The notes under the pieces are model-generated. The model was not told where the DNA came from and ran no database searches. It saw only the letters and a program-made list of their open reading frames with translations. A stretch of DNA of 32,000 bases from Delftia acidovorans NBRC 14950 (GTDB taxonomy: Bacteria; Pseudomonadota; Gammaproteobacteria; Burkholderiales; Burkholderiaceae_C), in contig NZ_BCZP01000001.1 of NCBI RefSeq assembly GCF_001598795.1, positions 240,001-272,000 on the forward strand, read 5' to 3'. A program made the translations under genes and the position numbers. This document shows, piece after piece, positions 25,755 through 32,000 of this stretch. Position 1 is the first letter of the stretch. Each line of letters begins with the position of its first letter.

Positions 25755-26756
25755 TCAGGGGGCCTGGCCTGCCCATGCCGCTGCGGCAGGGCGTGGCCGC
25801 ACGAAGCGCTGCTCGATCACGGTCTCGCCCCATTGCTGGCCCGGCCATTCTTCGGCCAGGGTGAAGCCTGACGATTCGTAGAGCCGGCGTGCTGCATCCA
25901 GGCCCCGGAAGGTCCACAGCTGGGTGGCCTCGAAGGCCTGCTGGTCGCAGAACGCCAGGGCCTGCTGCAGCAGCTGGCGCCCCGTGCCGGCGCCGCGCAG
26001 GCCGTCTTCCAGGATGAACCAGCGCAGATGCGCCTGGCGGTCCTCGGGGTGCTTGCCCAGGTCCTCTCCATCGATGGCCACGGAGCCCACGATGCGGTCG
26101 CCGTCCAGCGCCGTCCACAGCTGGTTGCAGGGCTTGTCCAGCCGGCCCGCGAACTCGGCCAGGCCGCTGGCCACGCGGCTTTCGAAGAAGACGCCAAAGC
26201 CTGCGTGGCGCGCATAAAAGCGCGCATGCATGTCCACGATGCGGCCCAGGCAGCCGGGCCGGTATCCGGGCAGGACCTGTATCTGTGCGGGCACGGGCTG
26301 GGGCAGGGGCTCCTCCTGCCGGTGCGCCTGCAGCGCCCGGGCGTACAGTGCCAGCCCTTGGGCGACGGCCTGCTGCTGCGGCGCCTGCATGCGGTCCAGC
26401 GCCGCCGTCACCTGCTGGCGCCCGAAGGCCTCGATGGCGGCCAGCGTGCGCCGGCCCTTGGCGGTCAGGGCCAGCTGCTTGACGCGGCCATCCTCGCCAT
26501 CGGCGGCTTCCTTCAGCTCGCCCGCCTCCACCAGCTTGCGCACCATGCGGCTGACGCTGGATTTCTCCAGCCCCAGGACCAGGGCCAGCTGCGAGGCCGC
26601 CATGCGCCCCTGTGCGCCGATCTCCAGGATGGCATGCACGGCCGAGGGCGGATAGTCGGTGGCCGCCAGCGTGGCCTGCATGAAGCCCAGCTCGCGCACC
26701 ATCTGGCGCGAGGCGGCGCGGATGCCATCCACCAGGGAAAGATCGTGCTGCGGCAT
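25755..26756 (-). CDS. Fusion protein: MarR-type HTH regulator plus GNAT N-acetyltransferase
   Basis: From track ORF 25755..26915. The ATG at 26756 (MPQHDLSL...) is preceded by AAGGAG. The N-terminal part is a MarR winged helix (MAASQLALVLGLEKSSVSRMVRKLVEAGEL...RVKQLALTAKGR). The C-terminal part is GNAT, with the acetyl-CoA loop LRGAGTGRQLLQQAL. Confidence 0.88.
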   Translation of the reverse strand: MPQHDLSLVDGIRAASRQMVRELGFMQATLAATDYPPSAVHAILEIGAQGRMAASQLALVLGLEKSSVSRMVRKLVEAGELKEAADGEDGRVKQLALTAKGRRTLAAIEAFGRQQVTAALDRMQAPQQQAVAQGLALYARALQAHRQEEPLPQPVPAQIQVLPGYRPGCLGRIVDMHARFYARHAGFGVFFESRVASGLAEFAGRLDKPCNQLWTALDGDRIVGSVAIDGEDLGKHPEDRQAHLRWFILEDGLRGAGTGRQLLQQALAFCDQQAFEATQLWTFRGLDAARRLYESSGFTLAEEWPGQQWGETVIEQRFVRPRPAAAAWAGQAP

Positions 26757-26787
26757 GGGTGCTCCTTGGGGCCGTGCAGGGTTTGAA

Positions 26788-26810
26788 TATGGTTGCATGG
26801 TACAACCATA
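26788..26810. promoter_or_regulatory. Palindromic candidate MarR operator upstream of the MarR-GNAT gene
   Basis: TATGGTTG (26788-26795) and CAACCATA (26803-26810) are perfect 8-bp inverted arms separated by a 7-nt spacer. The site lies 32-54 nt upstream of the ATG at 26756, in the locally AT-richer stretch. Confidence 0.5.
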
Positions 26811-26856
26811 AATGCCGCTGCGCATCTGTTGATGCAGCGATGCGTACCCCAGGCGT

Positions 26857-26886
26857 AAAAAAGCCGCCCGGCGCATGCGGGCGGCT
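26857..26886 (-). terminator. Rho-independent terminator after the lactate permease gene
   Basis: The minus strand reads AGCCGCCCG-CATGCGC-CGGGCGGCT followed by TTTTT. This gives a 9-bp stem and a 7-nt loop. It starts about 25 nt downstream of the stop codon at 26912-26914. Confidence 0.8.
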
Positions 26887-26911
26887 GGGGCCTGGCGCAG
26901 ATGCGCAAGGC

Positions 26912-28570
26912 TCAATTGACCATCAGGCGGAACGGCCAGACATAGGCCTGCAGCGTCACGAAGATGCCCATCAGGCAGGCCAGGGCGACGGAGTGGAAGA
27001 ACACGTAGCGCAGGATGTCGCCCTCATGGTTGAACCAGCGCGTGGCCGTGGAGGCGACGACGATGGACTGCGCATCGATCATCTTGCCCATCACGCCCCC
27101 CGAGCTGTTGGCCGCGCCCATGAGGTTGGGCGACAGGCCCAACTGCTCTGCCGCCACCTTCTGCATGCCGCCGAACAGCACGTTCGATGCTGTGTCCGAA
27201 CCCGTCAGCGCCACGCCCAGCCAGCCCATCAGGGTGCCGAAGAAGGGGTAGAACACGCCCGTGTTGGCGAAGGCCAGGCCCAGCGTGGTGTCCGTGCCCG
27301 AGTAGCGCGTCAGCGTGCCCAGGGCCAGCATCAGCACGATGGTGATGAGCGAATAGCGCACCAGCCAGATGGTGCGCACGAACTGGCTGACCAGTTGCAC
27401 GGGGTTGTACTTCATGACCAGGCCGCCCACGATGGCCGACAGCAGGATGCCCGTGCCCGTGGCCGACAGCAGGTTCAGCGTGTAGATGGCGCCTTCCTTG
27501 GTGGGCTGGCGCACGACGGGCGGCACCTTCTCGATCAGGTTGTGCAGGCCTTCCATGGGAAAGGCCGGGGCGAACAGGCCGTTGAGCGCGGCCTTGACCG
27601 AGGGCAGGCCCCAGATGAAGACGAAGACCGTGAGGATGGCCCAGGGCGTCCAGGCGCGGATCACGTCGGCGCGCGGGTGCTGGGTCACGGCGCGGGGTGC
27701 CTGGGCTTCGCCGCCGCTGTTCTCATGGCCCTTGAGCGAGGTCGAGCGCCAGATGGTCCTGGGCTGCCACATGCGCAGGAAGCCCACCGTGCAGACCATG
27801 GAGACAATGGCCGCGATGATGTCCACCAGCTCGGGGCCGATGAAGTTGGACACCAGGTACTGCGGAATGGCGAAGGACACGCCGGTCACCAAAATGATGG
27901 GCCAGATCTCCATCATGGCCTTGCGCCCGGCAAAGGCCCAGATCAGCCAGAACGGCACCAGCACCGAGAAGAACGGCAGCTGGCGGCCGACCATGGCGGT
28001 GACCTCCATCAGGTCGTAGCCGTGCACCTTGGCCAGCGTGATCACCGGCGTGCCCAGCGCGCCGAAGGCCACGGGCGCGGTATTGGCGATCAGCGACAGG
28101 CCCGAGGCGGCCAGCGGCGAAAAGCCCAGGCCGATGAGGATGGCCGCCGTCACGGCCACGGGCGTGCCGAAGCCGGCCGCGCCCTCGAAGAAGGCGCCGA
28201 AGGCGAAGGCGATCAGCAGCAGCTGGATGCGCCTGTCCTCGGTGATGCCGGCAATGGAGTCCTGCAGGATCTTGAAGCTGCCGTTCTTCTCGGTCAGCTG
28301 GTGCAGGAAGATGATGTTCAGGACGATCCAGCCGATGGGCAGCAGCCCCGTGAAGCCGCCGAACAGCGCCGCGCGCCCGGCCATGCCTGCCGGCATGTTG
28401 TAGACGAAGACCGCGATCACCAGCGCCGCAATCAGCCCGGCGCCGGCCGCCAGGTGGGCCTTCATGTGCAAAAAGCCCAATCCCACCAGCATGACCACGA
28501 CCGGGATGGCCGCGAGCAGTGTGGACAGCCACATGTTGGAAAGAGGGTCGTAGACCTGCTGCCAAACCAT
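26912..28570 (-). CDS. lldP: L-lactate permease (LctP/LldP family)
   Basis: From track ORF 26912..28693. The ATG at 28570 (MVWQQVYDPLSNMWLSTLLAAIPVVVML...) has AGGAG 8 nt upstream. The 552-aa highly hydrophobic protein has a typical LctP N-terminus and length. Confidence 0.9.
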   Translation of the reverse strand: MVWQQVYDPLSNMWLSTLLAAIPVVVMLVGLGFLHMKAHLAAGAGLIAALVIAVFVYNMPAGMAGRAALFGGFTGLLPIGWIVLNIIFLHQLTEKNGSFKILQDSIAGITEDRRIQLLLIAFAFGAFFEGAAGFGTPVAVTAAILIGLGFSPLAASGLSLIANTAPVAFGALGTPVITLAKVHGYDLMEVTAMVGRQLPFFSVLVPFWLIWAFAGRKAMMEIWPIILVTGVSFAIPQYLVSNFIGPELVDIIAAIVSMVCTVGFLRMWQPRTIWRSTSLKGHENSGGEAQAPRAVTQHPRADVIRAWTPWAILTVFVFIWGLPSVKAALNGLFAPAFPMEGLHNLIEKVPPVVRQPTKEGAIYTLNLLSATGTGILLSAIVGGLVMKYNPVQLVSQFVRTIWLVRYSLITIVLMLALGTLTRYSGTDTTLGLAFANTGVFYPFFGTLMGWLGVALTGSDTASNVLFGGMQKVAAEQLGLSPNLMGAANSSGGVMGKMIDAQSIVVASTATRWFNHEGDILRYVFFHSVALACLMGIFVTLQAYVWPFRLMVN

Positions 28571-28789
28571 AGGAGCGTCTCCTGAAGAGTTTTTAGGATG
28601 TTGTGCGGGGCGGATCGTCGCTCTCATGGCTGGTTGGCACACTAGCGTTAGCCCTCGGTTGGGCTGCGAGAGAGAAAATTTCAATCGGCGCACAAATCAC
28701 TTCAAACCCGAACGGGTGACTGGAACGCGCCCTGCGCACTACCATGCTCGGCAGTCCCGCGGCATGCGGGTTCCAGAAAGCCAGAAAAC

Positions 28790-29965
28790 GTGTCCACCGA
28801 CCTTTCCAAAATCACCTGCATCGAAGACCTGCGCGTCGTGGCCCAGCGCCGCGTGCCGCGCATGTTCTATGACTACGCCGACTCGGGCTCCTACACCCAG
28901 GGCACCTACCGCGCCAACGAGGACGACTTCCAGAAGATCAAGCTGCGCCAGCGCGTGGCCGTGAACATGGAGGGGCGCAGCACGCGCACCACCATGATCG
29001 GCCAGCAGGTGGCCATGCCCGTGGCCATTGCGCCCACGGGCCTGACCGGCATGCAGCACGCCGATGGCGAGATCCTGGGCGCGCGCGCGGCCCAGGCCTT
29101 CGGCATTCCGTTCACGCTGTCCACCATGAGCATCTGCTCCATCGAGGACATTGCCGAGCACACGGCCCGCCATCCGTTCTGGTTCCAGCTCTATGTGATG
29201 CGCGACCGCCGGTTCATGGAGCGCCTGATCGAGCGTGCCCGTGCCGCCAACTGCTCGGCCCTGGTGCTGACGCTGGACCTGCAGATCCTGGGCCAGCGCC
29301 ACAAGGACATCAAGAACGGCCTGTCCACGCCCCCGAAGCCCACGCTGCGCAACCTGGCCAACCTGGCAACCAAGCCGCACTGGTGCCTGGGCATGCTGGG
29401 CACGAAACGCCGCACCTTCGGCAACATCGTCGGCCATGTGGATGGCGTGGCCGACATGAGTTCGCTGTCGTCGTGGACCGCCAGCCAGTTCGACCCCAGC
29501 CTGAACTGGGGCGATGTGGAGCGCATCAAGAAGCTCTGGGGCGGCAAGCTCATCCTCAAGGGCGTCATGGACGCCGAGGACGCGCGACTGGCGGCCGACA
29601 GCGGCGCCGATGCGCTCATCGTCAGCAACCACGGCGGCCGCCAGCTCGACGGCGCACCCTCGTCCATCGAGGCGCTGCCCGGCATTGCCGAGGCGGCGGG
29701 CAAGGACATCGAGGTCTGGATGGACGGCGGCATCCGCAGCGGCCAGGACGTGCTCAAGGCGCGTGCGCTGGGCGCCCAGGGCACCATGATCGGCCGCAGC
29801 TTCCTCTACGGCCTGGGCGCCTATGGCCAGGACGGCGTGACGCGCGCACTGCAGATCATCCAGAAGGAGCTGGAGACCACGATGGCCTTCTGCGGCCATA
29901 CGCAGATCGATACCGTGGACCGCAGCATCCTGCTGCCCGGAACCTATCCGGGCGCCGTGCGCTGA
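28790..29965 (+). CDS. lldD: FMN-dependent L-lactate dehydrogenase / alpha-hydroxy-acid dehydrogenase
   Basis: 391 aa with a GTG start. By eye it is collinear with E. coli LldD: RVPRMFYDYADSGSYTQGTYRANEDDF, IPFTLSTMSICSIEDI, WFQLYVMRDR, SNHGGRQLDGAPSSIEALP, DGGIRSGQDVLKARALGA. Confidence 0.9.
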   Translation: MSTDLSKITCIEDLRVVAQRRVPRMFYDYADSGSYTQGTYRANEDDFQKIKLRQRVAVNMEGRSTRTTMIGQQVAMPVAIAPTGLTGMQHADGEILGARAAQAFGIPFTLSTMSICSIEDIAEHTARHPFWFQLYVMRDRRFMERLIERARAANCSALVLTLDLQILGQRHKDIKNGLSTPPKPTLRNLANLATKPHWCLGMLGTKRRTFGNIVGHVDGVADMSSLSSWTASQFDPSLNWGDVERIKKLWGGKLILKGVMDAEDARLAADSGADALIVSNHGGRQLDGAPSSIEALPGIAEAAGKDIEVWMDGGIRSGQDVLKARALGAQGTMIGRSFLYGLGAYGQDGVTRALQIIQKELETTMAFCGHTQIDTVDRSILLPGTYPGAVR

Positions 29966-29983
29966 GTCGGCAAAAGCCGCACG

Positions 29984-30013
29984 AAAAAAGGACCGCCTCG
30001 GCGGTCCTTTTTT
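29984..30013. terminator. Bidirectional rho-independent terminator between convergent lldD and leuA
   Basis: AAAAAA-GGACCGC-CTCG-GCGGTCC-TTTTTT gives a 7-bp GC stem with a 4-nt loop. The flanking A6 and T6 tracts let it serve either strand. Confidence 0.85.
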
Positions 30014-30029
30014 CCTTTCAGGCTGCGCC

Positions 30030-31730
30030 TCAGGCTTGGGCAGGTACGCGCCGGCTTTCCGGCTGCGCCGCCACCAGCCGGCCCGCCGCATGCAGCACGG
30101 CCAGGATGGACGCGGTCACGATGTTGGCATGGCGCCCCGCACCGAAGCGCGTGCCCGTCACGCCGGGCAGGGCGGCCTCGACGATGGCCAGCGCCATGGC
30201 CCCGGCGCCCTGGCCCAGGCTGCGCTCCTCGTAGTGGTCAATGCGCAGCGCCACGCCCAGGTGCTGGCCAATGGCGGCGGCCACGGCATCGATGGGGCCG
30301 CTGCCTTCGCCATACAGCTGCAGCCGAAGGCCGTCTGGCCGGACCACTTCCAGCGCAATGCCCTGGCCCTGGGCGCTGTCGAACAGGTGGTGGCTGCGGT
30401 AGTGCCAGGGAAGCTGCAGGGGTGCGAGGTAGGTCGCCTCGAACAGCTTCCACAGGTCGTCGCTGGCCAGCTCGGCCTCGCAGGCGTCCGCCTGTTTTTG
30501 AACCACGGCGCTGAACTCCACCTGCATGCGGCGCGGCATGGTCACGCCATGGTCGCGCTGCAGCAAAAAGGCAATGCCGCCCTTGCCCGACTGGCTGTTG
30601 ACGCGAACGATGCTGTCGTAGGTGCGGCCCAGGTCCTGCGGGTCGATGGGCAGGTAGGGAACGCGCCAGGGCGCATCGGGCCGCTGCGCCGCAAAGCCCT
30701 TGGCGATGGCATCCTGGTGCGAGCCCGAGAACGCCGTGAACACCAGGTCGCCTACATAGGGGTGGCGCGGATGGATGGGCAGGGCCGTGCATTCCTCCGC
30801 AATGCGCGCCACGGCGGCGATGTCCGAGAAGTCCAGTCCCGGCGCGATGCCCTGCGTGTACAGGTTCAGCGCCAGCGTCACCACATCGAGGTTGCCGCTG
30901 CGCTCGCCATTGCCGAACAGGCAGCCTTCCACGCGCTGGGCGCCGGCCAGCAGCGCCTGCTCGGCGCAGGCCACGCCCGTGCCCCGGTCGTTGTGCGGGT
31001 GCACGGACAGCACGATGTGCTCGCGCCGTTCCAGGCGGCGGTGCATCCACTCGATCTGGTCGGCGAAGACATTGGCCGTGCTCACCTCCACCGTGGTCGG
31101 CAGGTTGATGATCATGGGCCGCGCGGGGCCTGCATCCCAGGTGCGGATGGCTGCGTTGCACACGGCCAGCGACACGTCGAGCTCGGCCATGCAGAAGGTC
31201 TCGGGCGAGTACTGCAGCACCCATTCGGTCTCGGGGTGGGCATCGGTCAGCTCGCGCAGCAGGGCGATGTGGTGCTCCACCATGGCGATGATCTCGGGCA
31301 CCTGCATGCCGAAGACGATCTCGCGCCAGGCCGGGGCAATGGCGTTGTAGAAGTGCACGATGGCGCGCCGCGCTCCGGCCACGCTGTCCACCGTGGCGCG
31401 GATCAGGTCCTCGCGCAGCTGGGTGATGACCATGGGCGTCACGTCGCCGGGGATCAGCCCGTTGTCGATCAGGTGGCGCACGATGCCGTAGTCGGTCTGC
31501 GAGGCCGAGGGAAAGCCCACCTCGATCTCCTTGAAGCCTATGCGCACCAGTTCATGGAACAGGCGCAGCTTGCGCTCGCGGTTCATGGGCTCGAACAGGG
31601 CCTGGTTGCCATCACGCAGGTCGGTGGACAGCCACACGGGCGCCTGGCTCAGCTGGCGTGAGGGCCATTGGCGCTCGGGCAGGTCGATGGCAGGGAAGGG
31701 AAGGTATCGGGACGCGGGATTCTTCAGCAT
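30030..31730 (-). CDS. leuA: 2-isopropylmalate synthase, long (~566 aa) form
   Basis: From track ORF 30030..31766, which starts at a GTG. The ATG at 31730 (MLKNPASRYLPF...) is preceded by GAGG. Motifs: WLSTDLRDGNQALFEPM, FKEIEVGFPSASQTDY, SVHPHNDRGTGVA and FGNGERSGNLD, plus a C-terminal regulatory domain. Confidence 0.94.
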   Translation of the reverse strand: MLKNPASRYLPFPAIDLPERQWPSRQLSQAPVWLSTDLRDGNQALFEPMNRERKLRLFHELVRIGFKEIEVGFPSASQTDYGIVRHLIDNGLIPGDVTPMVITQLREDLIRATVDSVAGARRAIVHFYNAIAPAWREIVFGMQVPEIIAMVEHHIALLRELTDAHPETEWVLQYSPETFCMAELDVSLAVCNAAIRTWDAGPARPMIINLPTTVEVSTANVFADQIEWMHRRLERREHIVLSVHPHNDRGTGVACAEQALLAGAQRVEGCLFGNGERSGNLDVVTLALNLYTQGIAPGLDFSDIAAVARIAEECTALPIHPRHPYVGDLVFTAFSGSHQDAIAKGFAAQRPDAPWRVPYLPIDPQDLGRTYDSIVRVNSQSGKGGIAFLLQRDHGVTMPRRMQVEFSAVVQKQADACEAELASDDLWKLFEATYLAPLQLPWHYRSHHLFDSAQGQGIALEVVRPDGLRLQLYGEGSGPIDAVAAAIGQHLGVALRIDHYEERSLGQGAGAMALAIVEAALPGVTGTRFGAGRHANIVTASILAVLHAAGRLVAAQPESRRVPAQA

Positions 31731-31829
31731 GCGGGCCTCGCAGGAAACGCTGGGGTTTGCAGCCACCGGATCGGCCGGCGGCGCCGCTCTCCTGGCTTCC
31801 CGGTGGGGGGAAGCTGCGCCAGGCCGGGA

Positions 31830-31925
31830 TCAGGGAGAGTCGGTGCGAAATGCGGCGCCTGCGCAGGCGCCCGGACCCCGGCCATGGGCCAGGGATAGTA
31901 GGGAGGGCGAGGGCAGGCTGTGCAT
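31830..31925 (-). promoter_or_regulatory. Candidate Leu leader peptide ORF (31 codons) in the leuA 5' leader
   Basis: The minus-strand ORF runs from ATG (31925) to TGA (31830) and encodes MHSLPSPSLLSLAHGRGPGACAGAAFRTDSP. Its Leu codons are CTG, CTA, CTA and CTG. The tandem CTA-CTA at 31901-31896 stands out against the CTG/CTC usage seen in the surrounding genes. An 18-nt perfect palindrome, GGCGCCTGCGCAGGCGCC (31854-31871), lies inside the ORF. No clear Shine-Dalgarno sequence and no U-tract terminator were found. Confidence 0.3.
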
Positions 31926-32000
31926 GGTGCGATGGCGGTGAATCACAGGGAACGGGTGCCAGTTTGCGGGCAGGGTGCTTGTCTGTCTTTATAGAATTTC

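Noticed and set aside
10105-31661. Other very long antisense or out-of-frame ORFs: 10105-12351, 12650-14854, 14646-15908, 15961-18402, 18240-19424, 20304-22016, 24100-25272, 26759-28585, 28739-30091 and 30036-31661
   Set aside because: Each lies opposite to, or out of frame with, a gene that has clear family motifs (BCCT, amidase, ABC components, PBP1C, Bug, LctP, LldD, LeuA). Their translations are Arg/Ala/Gly/His/Gln-rich low-complexity strings typical of high-GC shadow frames.
1-32000. Search for defence or toxin systems, including restriction-modification, toxin-antitoxin pairs, Cas genes, reverse transcriptases, STAND/AAA+ NTPases, TIR/SIR2 domains, nuclease-helicase pairs and small overlapping two-gene cassettes
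   Set aside because: None of the supported ORFs shows such motifs. The only nuclease-fold protein is the EEP enzyme embedded in a transport/catabolic operon. No small paired ORFs with Shine-Dalgarno sequences were found in the intergenic regions.

Overview
High-GC chromosomal window with a betaproteobacterial (Comamonadaceae-like) look, judged from the Bug-family binding protein and the gene content. All calls come from reading motifs by eye; no searches were run. I support 22 protein genes. I found no rRNA or tRNA genes, CRISPR arrays, IS elements or integrases, and no recognisable defence-system hallmark genes.

Gene order, left to right:
- A rhomboid protease with a TPR-like tail, convergent with and directly abutting a multi-pass membrane protein that carries a similar tail.
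- A 2020-aa thioester (CLEQ) alpha-2-macroglobulin, closed by a strong intrinsic terminator.
- An 11.8-kb block: DUF2867 protein, BetT-like BCCT transporter, then AraC regulator, amidase, ABC importer, VOC enzyme and EEP enzyme, then a DUF308/HdeD-like protein.
- pbpC (PBP1C).
- A divergent TetR regulator and Bug binding protein, followed by a cupin.
- A MarR-GNAT fusion.
- Divergent lactate permease and FMN lactate dehydrogenase.
- Long-form leuA.

I do not see a clear-cut new system. The observations most worth follow-up are:
1. The A2M gene and its usual partner pbpC are uncoupled by the intervening block.
2. Two different membrane domains are fused to what looks like the same C-terminal helical module, and their stop codons form TGATCA.
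3. The 420-bp region upstream of A2M is repeat-rich and has a terminator-like hairpin.
4. An uncharacterised, tightly coupled amidase/ABC/VOC/EEP operon.
5. A candidate Leu leader peptide with tandem CTA codons upstream of leuA.

The many very long antisense ORFs are treated as GC-driven shadows.
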